From Methanobacteriota archaeon (GTDB taxonomy: Archaea > Halobacteriota > Bog-38 > Methanoflorentales > Methanoflorentaceae): a stretch of DNA of 64,000 bases. Below are positions 21,402 through 32,250 of the stretch, piece after piece. The DNA is taken from positions 1,440,001 to 1,504,000 of the forward strand of contig OY970393.1 of assembly GCA_963720465.1 (NCBI GenBank). The letters run 5' to 3'. Below the pieces are notes generated by a model. The model was not told the origin of the DNA, did not search any database, and saw only the letters and a program-made list of their open reading frames with translations. Every line of letters begins with the position of its first letter. Position 1 is the stretch's first letter. A program made the translations under genes and the position numbers.

Positions 21402-22562
21402 ATGAATCCAAGAGTTACGATTATCACATTGAATTGGAACGGATGGCAGGATACCATAGAGTGTCTGGAGTCCTTGTATGACATCGATTATAACAACTAT
21501 CACATCATTCTCGTGGACAATGCTTCGACCGATGAGTCGCTGGCTAAGATAGATGCCTACTGTAGGAACAAACGAACGCTCGCGCCTCGTATTACCCAGC
21601 ACCTCATCAGAAATACGCCAGCAACGGTCGTGCACTATGGCTCTGCTCACGCAGAACACGTAGAAAGCCCCAGCAGCGAGATGACGCGGGTGCGATCAAA
21701 CCGCGCGCTCACCGTGATCCAAAATGGCGAGAACTATGGCTTTGCCGAAGGCAACAACATCGCGGTTGCATATGCCCTAAACGCGTTGCATCCCGATTAC
21801 GTTTTGTTGCTCAACAATGACACGGTTGTTGACAGACGCTTTTTGAGTGCGCTGGTTGATGCCGCTGAGCGCGACGGTCAAATAGGACTAGTCCAGCCAA
21901 AAATATTGACCTACGCCGCCCCGACCCAGAACGGAAACGCGCGTGATCGTCCGGGGTTCAGTAATGCCAAAGACGTGTTAGAAGGAGGCGAAGACCAAAA
22001 CGAGAAAAAGGGAGAGGACGGATTTTTTTATGCCGATGCCGCTTGCGCGCTGATAAGGAATAGCGTGCTATTCGCATTCTCAGGCGAGTGCTTCGATCCA
22101 CTACTCTTCGCGTACTTCGAGGACGTTGATTTGTCGTGGATGGCGCGGCTGATTGGTTTCAAGGTCATCTACTGTCCGGAGTCCGTTTGCTATCATAAAC
22201 TGAGCGCGACTTTTGGACAACGCAATCCTTTCACGGCACACCTGCACGATAGAAATACACTCCGGGTGATGATCAAGAACTATTCGACTAGGACGATTGT
22301 TTTCGTTTTGCCTCTCACGATCGTACTGACGCTCTCGAGGTCTATAATCGCGAGCATAGTCAGTCTGAATCTCAGCGAGCCCTATGGCTTTCTGAAAGCG
22401 CTCGTTTGGAATAGTGTGCATCTTAGGAGCACGCTTGCAAGGCGGCGGTGTATCCAATCAAAGCGCAAAGTGTCTGATAGAGAGATCTGGAGCCAAATAC
22501 TCCCGTTCTCTTTCAGTGTTCGGTCAAGACTCAAAGAAGTGTGGGTACGTCGACACGGTTAG
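21402..22562 (+). CDS. Glycosyltransferase family 2 (tandem paralog of the 19698 gene)
   Basis: Same motifs. The first ~190 nt are nearly identical to the upstream paralog. Confidence 0.9.
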   Translation: MNPRVTIITLNWNGWQDTIECLESLYDIDYNNYHIILVDNASTDESLAKIDAYCRNKRTLAPRITQHLIRNTPATVVHYGSAHAEHVESPSSEMTRVRSNRALTVIQNGENYGFAEGNNIAVAYALNALHPDYVLLLNNDTVVDRRFLSALVDAAERDGQIGLVQPKILTYAAPTQNGNARDRPGFSNAKDVLEGGEDQNEKKGEDGFFYADAACALIRNSVLFAFSGECFDPLLFAYFEDVDLSWMARLIGFKVIYCPESVCYHKLSATFGQRNPFTAHLHDRNTLRVMIKNYSTRTIVFVLPLTIVLTLSRSIIASIVSLNLSEPYGFLKALVWNSVHLRSTLARRRCIQSKRKVSDREIWSQILPFSFSVRSRLKEVWVRRHG

Positions 22563-22929
22563 CCATCATTCTGCTGCGTTTCTTGACGTCGGGCGGAGAA
22601 AAACACATAGGAAGAGCACCCTCGAATCAGACTAGCTTAAACGCATGCTCAGCGTCACCGTTTGCCCCTTTTGAAGTACGCTCTCGATCAAATTATTACG
22701 TTAAATGTCCTTCGCCATTCACTAATCAAAGAAAAGATAAGTGTTGGGATCGAAAAGTAATTATCAATTCAAAGGGCTTTGCTCACTAAGTCACATGCCT
22801 GTGTTGAACTCTTTCGCACTTTCTGTTTGCACCATTTGCTTGTAGCAATTGCAGGCACTGTGGAACCATGAACTCCCCACACTAAGTCCGGTCGATCAAA
22901 GACTTGATTTGTCGACTCAGAGGCTTCCA

Positions 22930-24087
22930 ATGAGAGTCGGAATCTTTGCTCCACATTTGTTAGCGTATGGCGGTGGTGAGAAGTACATATGTAAAATCGC
23001 CGAAATATTCAGCAGGGAGCACGATGTGGATCTCCTGACTTTTGACATAACCGAGCGAGAGGGTGCGGGAGTTCTAAAGACGTTGGAAAACCGATTAAAC
23101 GTCAATCTAGAGAAGGTAACCTTAAAGGTTCCTGAAATATCCAGTATAGCAAAAAAAGAATTCTTCGTTAATCGACTAACAAAAACGGCACTTCTGTCAA
23201 AGTGCACCAAGCAATACGACCTGTTTATAAATCAAGCGCGAGGAGGACGAACAATCTTTCCTCAACCTGCCCACGCGAGCAAAAACATCATCATCGTTCA
23301 AGTTCCGCCGACCAACGCAAAAAAAATTTCCGTCTTTTTTGGGTGGCCCGGCATGAACGTGTTCGTTGACGCTAAGCTTGCAACCTATCATACAATTGTC
23401 GTCTATTCAAATTTTGTAAAAAAAACGGTTGAGCAAAAATACGCGAGGGAAGCTGATGTGCTCTACCCGCCGATTGATATTCCACCCCAGCATCGTATCT
23501 TGAAGGAACGCTTCATATTAAGCGTTGGGCGATTTTTTATGGGGGGGCACAGTAAAAAACAGCTAGAAATGATCCAAGCTTTCAAACAACTGTGCGAGAG
23601 CGAGAAGCTGAATGAAGCTCACTGGGAATATCATTTGGTTGGCGGTGTGTCGAACAACAAGGACCAGCGATATGCAAAAATGTGCGAACAAGAGGCTGAG
23701 GGGTACCCCGTTTTCTTCCATTTTGACGCCCCGTCCGAAACTGTCAAAGACCTATATAGCAGATCCACACTGTTTTGGCACGCTACAGGCTTTAATGAGG
23801 ATGAAAATAGACACCCCGAAAAGATGGAGCACTTTGGCATAGCGACGGCAGAGGCTATGTCGTACGGGTGCATTCCAGTCGTCGTAGGCAAAGGTGGACA
23901 ACGCGAAATTGTGCACCACGAGCTGGATGGACTGCTCTGGAGTACTATAGAGGACTTGAAGAAGAGCACACTTAACCTGATAGAAGATCCAAAAAAAAGG
24001 ACAAAATTGGCGAGGGCAGCCATTGAAACAAGTCGACAGTTCCAAACAGACCAATTTGAGATAAAGGTAAAAGAACTATTAAATTAG
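22930..24087 (+). CDS. Glycosyltransferase family 4
   Basis: YGGGEKY, LSVGRF, EHFGIATAEAMSYG (EX7E). Confidence 0.9.
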   Translation: MRVGIFAPHLLAYGGGEKYICKIAEIFSREHDVDLLTFDITEREGAGVLKTLENRLNVNLEKVTLKVPEISSIAKKEFFVNRLTKTALLSKCTKQYDLFINQARGGRTIFPQPAHASKNIIIVQVPPTNAKKISVFFGWPGMNVFVDAKLATYHTIVVYSNFVKKTVEQKYAREADVLYPPIDIPPQHRILKERFILSVGRFFMGGHSKKQLEMIQAFKQLCESEKLNEAHWEYHLVGGVSNNKDQRYAKMCEQEAEGYPVFFHFDAPSETVKDLYSRSTLFWHATGFNEDENRHPEKMEHFGIATAEAMSYGCIPVVVGKGGQREIVHHELDGLLWSTIEDLKKSTLNLIEDPKKRTKLARAAIETSRQFQTDQFEIKVKELLN

Positions 24088-24596
24088 ATGCACACTTATT
24101 CCTCCGCTAGAGTTGCAGACGTGCGTTCCCCTTATTTTTTCCGTCCTACTAGTCGGCCGAGTACGCTTTGGCTCCCCGCTTATAGCGCGATTGAATATTC
24201 AGTGCGGGTGACCAAAACTGCCATAGCGTGCGCGCCGTTCGTCGCCACCGTGGGCTAAAACGGCATAAACGGCGGCCCCGCACCCGTCTGAACCTCCATT
24301 TTTGCGACGCTCCCACCATTAAATGCTCTCAGTAAGAGCGCCAGGCCGATCAGTTTCGTATAAGTCTCTAACAGACGTGATTTGATAGTTAAATGTTCTA
24401 AGAGTTATTGCTTTTGAGATCGATTTGGTCGAATTCGCAAGGAATAATCATTTAGATACTTTCTCTCTCGCCCTGTACCATCTTGAAGATTGGACGATAT
24501 CCTTAGCATAGCGACTTTTGGTAGCTGCAGGATTCAGATAGGATTTGAACCAACGCACGCAGAAACAAAAATTAGATCGAGGTTATTTAGACATCA

Positions 24597-26051
24597 CTAA
24601 GTTTTGCGCGTCGAGCCATTGCCTCGTATAATTGATTTAATGAGCGAGATATCTTCTTTTTCAATTCCTTTCACAACATATAGCGTCCCGAAATACACTA
24701 GACTAGCTGACACTATTATCAAAATTAAGTTCAAATTTTGGAGATACACGATGAGTAGCGCCATTACGGCACTGGCTCCAACAATTTTGAGTACGATAGC
24801 CGCCGATTCAGTTTTTATATGCACATAAAGGTCTCTTTCTGCCAAAAAGATAGCAACAATCATAACGATGAATTCTGTTACTAGCGTGGCGATGCTCGCT
24901 CCCACGTAGCTGAATTTCGGGATCAATGCGAGGTTGATAGCAACGTTGACAATCACCATGAGCCCTGTGATTTTGGTGACAACTACCTGTTTATTTGTTG
25001 ATTCGAACAAGCGGAAGAAAGGAGCGGTTGCAAAAATAAAGACCAGTGACCATACCAGTAACTGCAAAACGACCACCGAAGGCGCGAAACCTTCGCCAAA
25101 GACGAGCGCAATTATTCTTCCCGCCAAAAGCGTCGTGCCTACTGCTATAGGGATGCCTAAAATTATCATGAACCGGAGATATTTTTTCCACGTCGCCTGC
25201 AAAGAATCCCGCGAAGAGACGTGAAATCGTGACATGGCCGGAAAAACCGCAGCATTGAAAACTGTTGGTATAAACAGTAAACTGAAGACTAATCTATATC
25301 CAGCGCTGTACCAGCCAACAGCTTCGTTGCCCTGAATTAGCGCCAGCATCAGTGAGTCTATCCAGAAATATATCGTGACAAAGACACCGCTCAATCCAAA
25401 AGGCAACGCCTGTCTGATTGTGGGCCCCCAAAAATCAACATCGACTTCCACTTTGAATAAATGGAATTTCCGCGTGCATATGAAGAAACTGTAGCCCAGC
25501 TCGAGTGCACTAGAGAGGAGATAGATGGCAGCAAATGCAACAACTCCGGCGCCTCTTGCTATCAAAATCACAGCGCCCGTTAGCAGTGTTAAGCTGCTCA
25601 AGATTGCGCCTACAGACTGATATTTCATTTTTTCAAATGACTGAAATATGGCATAAAATGAGGCTGTGAAAGCAACAGAGATTGTGGAGAGAGTGAGCAA
25701 ATAAACAACTGCAACCGTTTCTCCTGAGTAGCCTAAACCGCGGGCAGTCACAGCGATGAGACCAAACGTGATCACTGCCATGATCAACTTGATAAAAGTG
25801 ATGTTGCTGAGGTACACGTTTGCGTGTGACTTGTCTCGCGCGACCTCTCGTATCGCTAAATTATTGAGGCCCAAGTCTAAGAGGAGCCCAAAGATTCCCG
25901 TAAATGCCAAGCCAAAGGTGAGCAGCCCAAACAATTCGGGGCCCAGATATCGGGCGCTGAATATGAGGTAGAAAAACCCCAACCCCATACTTGCGATCTG
26001 GGAGGCAAAAAAGACTAGGATGTTTTTCCCAACGGTTGTGGCGGCGTCCAT
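24597..26051 (-). CDS. Wzx-family flippase
   Basis: ARYLGPELFG, DLGL, IDSLML....EAVGWYS, GASIAT. Confidence 0.9.
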   Translation of the reverse strand: MDAATTVGKNILVFFASQIASMGLGFFYLIFSARYLGPELFGLLTFGLAFTGIFGLLLDLGLNNLAIREVARDKSHANVYLSNITFIKLIMAVITFGLIAVTARGLGYSGETVAVVYLLTLSTISVAFTASFYAIFQSFEKMKYQSVGAILSSLTLLTGAVILIARGAGVVAFAAIYLLSSALELGYSFFICTRKFHLFKVEVDVDFWGPTIRQALPFGLSGVFVTIYFWIDSLMLALIQGNEAVGWYSAGYRLVFSLLFIPTVFNAAVFPAMSRFHVSSRDSLQATWKKYLRFMIILGIPIAVGTTLLAGRIIALVFGEGFAPSVVVLQLLVWSLVFIFATAPFFRLFESTNKQVVVTKITGLMVIVNVAINLALIPKFSYVGASIATLVTEFIVMIVAIFLAERDLYVHIKTESAAIVLKIVGASAVMALLIVYLQNLNLILIIVSASLVYFGTLYVVKGIEKEDISLIKSIIRGNGSTRKT

Positions 26052-26192
26052 TTAAACTTTTACCGGAAACTAGTGCATATTCTATGAGTCGCTAGAAGCA
26101 CATTGAACTCTAGCAAACACTAGTGGTCGATCTGCAAAAAACGTATTGATTTTCTTAATTAATTGGTGATTTAAGCGAATATCGATCACATC

Positions 26193-27095
26193 TTAGTGAG
26201 ATGTTTCGGATTTCAAAATGGCGTCAGCAACCCATCCATCGTCGCTTGCGCGCATATTTTGCTGACTAGTACTCTCCCTGTATTTCGTGAGCCAGTTGAG
26301 ATTAGGAGCGAGAAAGCTGCTCTCCATGTGGGTGGCAATAGTCGGAATAGGAACCCACAAGTTCCATCGTTTGCCAAATAAGATTTGCTTCCAGCCGAAT
26401 CGCCAAGCAAGCCAAATGATTCGCAAGAATCGTGCGTTTGTTCTGTAGGATGCAGATATTACCAGAGGGTTGAACAACCTGTGCTTTGTTAAGCTCATCC
26501 ACAAACTTACGTCATCATTTCCATTCGCGTAACTTCGAAAGACATCGTGCGTTTTTTCGAGTGTCGTTTTCGTCGTGAGGAAGGTCAAACACGTGGAAGC
26601 GGCGGTTCTCCAGTGTTTTTCGTCGTAGAATTTAATGAAATTTTTTTCGTTGTGTAACTCGAGCGCGTAGTAATCCAAATGGTCATACGGAGAGACGAAG
26701 TCAACCTGTTCGTCTGCTCGCAAGAACGTCACCATGCGTTCGAACTGATCCGGCAGATACAGGTAATCATCCTCGGCAAAATAGATAAGTTCTGAGACGG
26801 TTTGATCCAAGAGGAGGGTAATCTGCATATCAAAGGTCGCATGGTTTCCAACCCCGTTAAGCCTGATCAGCTCGACGTCGTGCTCGTCAAAGTACCGTGT
26901 AAACAAGTCCTCGTAGCTGGGGGGGCAGTTATCGAGCAGGACGAAGAGTTTCACTTTCAGTGCGCCGAGGGAGTCCTTAAAGCTCTTCAGGCAGAGCTCT
27001 GCTAACTTGTACTTGTCGTCGGGGAAGACAGGCGGAACCTTGGAGACCTTCGGATATATTCTGTATGCGACGGCTATGTCGTACTGCGGTGGCAC
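26193..27095 (-). CDS. GT-A fold glycosyltransferase-like protein
   Basis: VLLDNC, GNHATF, IYFAEDDYLY acidic motif. Co-oriented with galU, uxs and wzx. Confidence 0.7.
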   Translation of the reverse strand: MPPQYDIAVAYRIYPKVSKVPPVFPDDKYKLAELCLKSFKDSLGALKVKLFVLLDNCPPSYEDLFTRYFDEHDVELIRLNGVGNHATFDMQITLLLDQTVSELIYFAEDDYLYLPDQFERMVTFLRADEQVDFVSPYDHLDYYALELHNEKNFIKFYDEKHWRTAASTCLTFLTTKTTLEKTHDVFRSYANGNDDVSLWMSLTKHRLFNPLVISASYRTNARFLRIIWLAWRFGWKQILFGKRWNLWVPIPTIATHMESSFLAPNLNWLTKYRESTSQQNMRASDDGWVADAILKSETSH

Positions 27096-27097
27096 GA

Positions 27098-28108
27098 TTA
27101 TTTCACCCTAAACCACTGAATTGTTCTTTCCAGCCCTTTTTCTAAGTCCACCGTCGGTTTCCACTTCAGAAACTCTTTGGCCTTGCTGATGTCTGGCTTT
27201 CTCCGCAGAGGGTCGTCTTTGGGGAGATCTTCAAACTTGGTCTCTGAGCTGGAGTTCGTTAACTTCTTGATGATTTCCGCAAGCGCCACGATGGTTATCT
27301 CTTCATCGTTTCCGATGTTCACGGTTTTTCCGTCCAGACCCTCTAAGAAAGCCAACCTAAGCAGCCCTTCTATTTGATCGGTGACATAGCAAAAGCTTCT
27401 TGTCTGCGATCCATCACCGAACACGGTGATTGGTGCGTTTGTCAGCGCTTGCTCGATAAAGCGAGGCACCACTCGCCCATATACGTCATCTGCCCGCATC
27501 CTCGGGCCGTACGTGTTAAAAAGTCGCGCCACCCTCGCGTCCATCCCGTGCTCCATCCTATACGCCGCCACAAAGGATTCCCCACACCTCTTCGCCTCGT
27601 CATAGCAACTTCTCGCCCCGATGGGGTTCACGTTTCCGGTGTACTCTTCGGACGTTGGTATCTCCGTGGCATTTCCGTATATCTCGGACGTCGATGTGTA
27701 CAGAAATCGCGCTTTATGCCTCTTCGCTATGCCAAGCGCTACCCAAATTCCGAGCGTGTTTGCCTTGAGAATCTGGATGGGAAACTGCTGAAACTCAAAC
27801 GGGGAAGCTCTGCTCGCGAGATGCAGCACCACATCTAGAGTTTCGTCGAAAAAGATCGGACGCGTTATGTCGTGCCTGATGAATGCGAAGTTGTCCTTGT
27901 CCCGTAGCCCTGACACGTTAGATTCGAGGCCACTCGCAAGGTTGTCCAAACAAATCACGTTTGCGTTGAGTTCAACGAGTATATCGCACAACCACGAGCC
28001 GAGAAATCCTGCACCTCCTGTCACCAAAACGGTCTTGTCGGCAACTTTTTCAGTGACGTCACCTAGATTAGCGATTATCTCTCTAACCTCTCTCGAGTTC
28101 ATCTTCAT
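27098..28108 (-). CDS. UDP-glucuronate decarboxylase (UDP-xylose synthase)-like SDR
   Basis: VTGGAGFLGS, HLASRASP, STSEIYG, GNVNPIGARSCYDEAKR, FNTYGPRM, DDPLRRKPDI. Confidence 0.88.
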   Translation of the reverse strand: MKMNSREVREIIANLGDVTEKVADKTVLVTGGAGFLGSWLCDILVELNANVICLDNLASGLESNVSGLRDKDNFAFIRHDITRPIFFDETLDVVLHLASRASPFEFQQFPIQILKANTLGIWVALGIAKRHKARFLYTSTSEIYGNATEIPTSEEYTGNVNPIGARSCYDEAKRCGESFVAAYRMEHGMDARVARLFNTYGPRMRADDVYGRVVPRFIEQALTNAPITVFGDGSQTRSFCYVTDQIEGLLRLAFLEGLDGKTVNIGNDEEITIVALAEIIKKLTNSSSETKFEDLPKDDPLRRKPDISKAKEFLKWKPTVDLEKGLERTIQWFRVK

Positions 28109-28931
28109 CCCGTCCTACCATATGCAAAAAACGTTCAATTTCGCCGTGGAATCGCTCATCTTGCAAAAAAAGCTCAATATTTGCTTTTATCCAGTCAACC
28201 TTATTTCCTATGTCGTACCTTGAACCTCTGTAAATGTACGCGTATCTCATCTCGTCAAGCTTACGAAGTGCATCGGTAAGCTGAATCTCATCTCCTTTTC
28301 CCGGCGGGGTTTTTTCGATTGCTTTGAATATTGCCGGAGTCAGGATATATCTTCCCAAGATCGCTAAGTTTGACGGTGCGCTCTCCGCAAGAGGCTTTTC
28401 CACCAGATCTTCAACGAGCAGCACGTCTTTTTTAATTTCCTTGCCTTGAACTACCCCATAGCTGCTTATTTTCTCCATAGAAACCTCTTCAACGGCTATG
28501 ATAGATTTCCTAAAAGTCTCATATTTCGCTGTTAGTTCTCGTAAACACTCGGGGATGGTTATAGTGTCACCTAACAGCAGGGCAAATGGCTCGTCCCCGA
28601 CAAAGCTTTTAGCGTAGTAGACGGCATCTCCAAGCCCTTTTGGGGCCCTCTGGCGGGTATAAAAAAGACTCACTTCGTCCATCATTTCATCTATTTCAAG
28701 CAAGTACCTGTTGTCAATTGTCCCTCTATCGAAGTGATCTTCTATGGCTCGTTTGTTTCGTCCCGTTATTATCAGGATGTCCTTTATCCCAGAAGATAGC
28801 GCTTCTTCGACAACGTATTGGATCACCGGCTTGTCAACGACAGGTAGCATCTCCTTTGGCTGCGCTTTCGTTGCTGGCAGAAGTCTCGTCCCGAAGCCCG
28901 CTGCCGGTATGACGGCTTTTCTTATCATCAT
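28083..28931 (-). CDS. galU: UTP-glucose-1-phosphate uridylyltransferase
   Basis: KAVIPAAGFGTRLLPATKAQPKEMLP, VEKP, EIQLTDAL. Confidence 0.93.
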   Translation of the reverse strand: MMIRKAVIPAAGFGTRLLPATKAQPKEMLPVVDKPVIQYVVEEALSSGIKDILIITGRNKRAIEDHFDRGTIDNRYLLEIDEMMDEVSLFYTRQRAPKGLGDAVYYAKSFVGDEPFALLLGDTITIPECLRELTAKYETFRKSIIAVEEVSMEKISSYGVVQGKEIKKDVLLVEDLVEKPLAESAPSNLAILGRYILTPAIFKAIEKTPPGKGDEIQLTDALRKLDEMRYAYIYRGSRYDIGNKVDWIKANIELFLQDERFHGEIERFLHMVGRDEDELERG

Positions 28932-29290
28932 GCTCCTATTGCACGAGACATTGAGGCTAACTCCGTGGCACTGATGGCACAGGCGGCCGGCCCCTTACCG
29001 GTGAGCTCTGGTGCTCTATATCAAACGACATCAATGTCGTGAGAGTTGCTATGCTGCGTCCCGCATCTCTTAACCGATTGTTAAGCAAAGCTGCGAACAA
29101 CACCGGGATGCTATTTGCCGAGTGGGCAGGACCGCGTGCGGCGTACTACTCAAAAAAGATCTTTGTTCAAAAGCTTTGTGATTGCTTTCTTGATTGCTAT
29201 TAATGGCAGGCAAGACCACCGAAGAACCGGAGCAGCGACTGAAGACGATCAAACGGAATCTTTACATACACTTCGGATGCATGGGGGCAC

Positions 29291-30661
29291 GTGATCTCGA
29301 CGCCACGCATTTCCATCGTTGGTACTGGTTACGTTGGATTGAGCACAGCGGTGTGTTTTTCGTCACGGGGTTATCAGGTCATTGCGTCGACAGTGAACCA
29401 AGACAAGGTGCGCATGATCAATGCCGCTCGGGCGCCATTTCACGAACCTATGCTGGATGATGCTTTAAAAAAATCCATCGAGTCTGGATACCTGCGCGCC
29501 GAAAAGAGCCGCACAGAGGCAGTACGCCACACTGACATGACGTTCCTAACTGTCGGCACTCCGGAACGAGCTGACGGGACGATCGATCTGCGTCACGTAA
29601 TCAGTGCAAGCGAGGACATTGGGCGAGCACTGAGAAACAAAGGCGCTTACCATCTGGTGATAGTCAAGAGCACCGTGACGCCCGGCACGACGAGAGATGT
29701 GGTGAAGCCAGCCCTTGAGCAGATGTCTGGACTAGCGGCAGGTCGCGATTTTGGCATATGTATGAATCCTGAATTCTTGCGTCAGGGCTCAGCAGTTAAG
29801 GATACGTTGCATCCCAATCGTGTGGTGATCGGAGAGTACGACGAGCGATCCGGCCAACTGCTTGCGGACTTTTTCGCGGAGTTCTACGAGCAATCTGTTC
29901 CCATGCTGAGAATGAGCCTCGAATCAGCGGAAATGGTGAAATACGCGAGCAACACCTTTCTCGCCACGAAGATATCGTATGCAAACGAGATGGCAAACAT
30001 TTGCGAGCACATTCCTAGAGTAGACGTATCGCAGGTGATGGCGGGGGTCGGGCTTGATGACAGGATTGGTCCAAAATTCCTCGCCGCGGGTGCGGGGTTT
30101 GGCGGTTCCTGCCTGCCAAAAGATGCAAAAGCGCTCTGTCGATTTGCACAAGCGTATGGTTATGCGGCACCCATCGTGCGCGCCGCCCTTACAGTAAACA
30201 ACGCTCAGCCCCGTCACGTCGCGCAGCTCGCGTTATCGACTCTCGGGGAGCCAGAAGGCAAGAAAGTCGCGCTTCTCGGCCTTGCGTTCAAACCGGATAC
30301 CGATGACCTGCGCGAGGCCCCCTCGTTGATCGTTGCCCGGGAACTCATGGCAGCCGGAGCCCACGTGAGCGCATTCGATCCTGTCGTCAAACAGGTACAC
30401 CTTGCCGGCTTTGACACGGTCGAGTATCCCTTATCTCTTACAGATTGCCTGGCAGGAGCGCACTGCTGTATCGTCATGACCGAGTGGGAACAGTTCAAAG
30501 GTCTTACCCCAGAAGACTTCATCAGTCAGATGGCTGCGCCGGTTGTGATCGATGCGCGACGGATCTACGACCCACAGCAGTTTCGCAACAAACTAACTTT
30601 TATCGCTATCGGTTTACATTCCGTTTCGGCGCTGGCAACCTCACGCGCGAGGTTGCGGTGA
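29291..30661 (+). CDS. ugd: UDP-glucose 6-dehydrogenase
   Basis: GTGYVG, KSTVTPG, NPEFLRQG, GFGGSCLPKD, AFKPDTDDLRE. Confidence 0.92.
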   Translation: MISTPRISIVGTGYVGLSTAVCFSSRGYQVIASTVNQDKVRMINAARAPFHEPMLDDALKKSIESGYLRAEKSRTEAVRHTDMTFLTVGTPERADGTIDLRHVISASEDIGRALRNKGAYHLVIVKSTVTPGTTRDVVKPALEQMSGLAAGRDFGICMNPEFLRQGSAVKDTLHPNRVVIGEYDERSGQLLADFFAEFYEQSVPMLRMSLESAEMVKYASNTFLATKISYANEMANICEHIPRVDVSQVMAGVGLDDRIGPKFLAAGAGFGGSCLPKDAKALCRFAQAYGYAAPIVRAALTVNNAQPRHVAQLALSTLGEPEGKKVALLGLAFKPDTDDLREAPSLIVARELMAAGAHVSAFDPVVKQVHLAGFDTVEYPLSLTDCLAGAHCCIVMTEWEQFKGLTPEDFISQMAAPVVIDARRIYDPQQFRNKLTFIAIGLHSVSALATSRARLR

Positions 30662-31490
30662 TGGCCTTTGGACGCATCGTTCTTAGATTGGTCACGACCT
30701 TTGCGATCCTTTGTGCACGGGTCGATCTCGTCAGACCGGCCAATTGCGCTGACTGGTTGGACTAGCATGGTTGCCCCGCAGTGACCATAAAAAAGGGGAG
30801 GAACGAGCAGAGGTACCCAACGCTGCTCAACCTTATCGCTAACGCCCTGCTCAGTCCGCTCGCCGGCGTCCTTCTTCACAGAACATAGTCGACGTCTGCA
30901 CCGGCATGCGTGGCTATCGCCGAGACGTAGTTCGGCGCTTCGAGCTCGAAGCTCCGCGCTTTGACATCGCAAATTCTGCCACCTGAACTAGGTGTCGCTT
31001 TGCATCACTCGATTTGAGCGGTCGTAATTTATCTAAAGCTTCGCGGACGCAGGAGGTCGCTGTATAATGAAGATATTCGTCTAGGGAACGGTGCGTATCC
31101 TTCAGATACGCTGACTGTTCGAGTTTGCGCCAATTAGTGATATCACCGTGAATTTGATACGCGACGCCAAGGGTTTATGCATAGGCAGCCAAGCGCTGTG
31201 ATTTACGGGCGCCCGGTTTCCAGAGCACGTCTACATCCTTGACTCGGATTTCTCGGAGACGAAAATGAAGTTCGTTATCATAAAGGGTCAATTCACATTC
31301 TTGCTGAGCTGAGAAGAGAGCTCAGAAAACACGCAGACGTGCCGTAAGGCCTGTTAGGCAGTGACAGATTTCACATGCGCACGCAGGAGGTAATCGCACT
31401 CGCAGGACTCGCCGACAACCGGCGGGATCGCGACAGATCTCAATAAAAAATGCAGTTACTGCACTCTGGTAGGTAGTGCGTTTTCAGCGT

Positions 31491-32051
31491 CTAGATAAAT
31501 TCAAAGGAGGAAATCATCTGCTGTGCCGTCGAAATCTGTTCGTCATATTGTGCACTGGGCCCATAAAATTGAATCTCGTAGACCGAACTTCCTTTAACGG
31601 TCCACACTATTAGCGCTTTGTAGGGTTGTCCACCTACTTTAAACGTAAACACAAGTTCATACCCAGGCAGGCCGCCGAGTGAAGCAGTATGGTTCTCAAG
31701 TATACTGGTACTGGTGTCGCTTTTCTGAAGGCTGCTTATCAAGCTCGGGGCGAGGCTTTGAGGGTTTTTTCCCGATTGAGTGGCAATAATTTGAATCTGG
31801 AACGAAATGGCATCATTTCCGTGCTGGAACTCCGCGATAGTGGCGCCACCGGAATTTCCGATTAATTGCCAATCGCTCGGATAGCCCATTTCCACCCCAG
31901 CATTCTTGTCGGTATATGACAAGAAACCAGCCGGGACGCCAGGCGTCGGCGACTGCGTCGTTTGGCTCGTGCAACCAGCACTGCTGACTGCCACCGCCGT
32001 TATAGCTACGATTATGATTGTCCAGTACACTCGCGTGCCGGTGCTCATCAT
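31491..32051 (-). CDS. Lipoprotein with PsbP-like domain
   Basis: Signal peptide with SAGC lipobox, Y.D...G....YPSDW, C-terminal MISSFEFI, GGAGGGG SD. Confidence 0.75.
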   Translation of the reverse strand: MMSTGTRVYWTIIIVAITAVAVSSAGCTSQTTQSPTPGVPAGFLSYTDKNAGVEMGYPSDWQLIGNSGGATIAEFQHGNDAISFQIQIIATQSGKNPQSLAPSLISSLQKSDTSTSILENHTASLGGLPGYELVFTFKVGGQPYKALIVWTVKGSSVYEIQFYGPSAQYDEQISTAQQMISSFEFI

Positions 32052-32250
32052 CTCCCCTCCACAGTGAAACGCTCCTCGAAGATATATGTTGCTGTTAGTC
32101 TTCGTCGATGTACGCCAAACTGAGAGCGTAATCGCACACAGACCTCCGCGAGTGTAAACCAAGTGCGCTTAAAGTGGAGAGTTTATCAGGTAACAGCGCC
32201 TCTTGGAAGCAGTCAGATTCTTCAGATACGATGGCGATGATTGAGGAATG

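Noticed and set aside
30661-31490. Gene or ncRNA in the gap after ugd
   Set aside because: Only short motif-less ORFs and no convincing stems or repeats.
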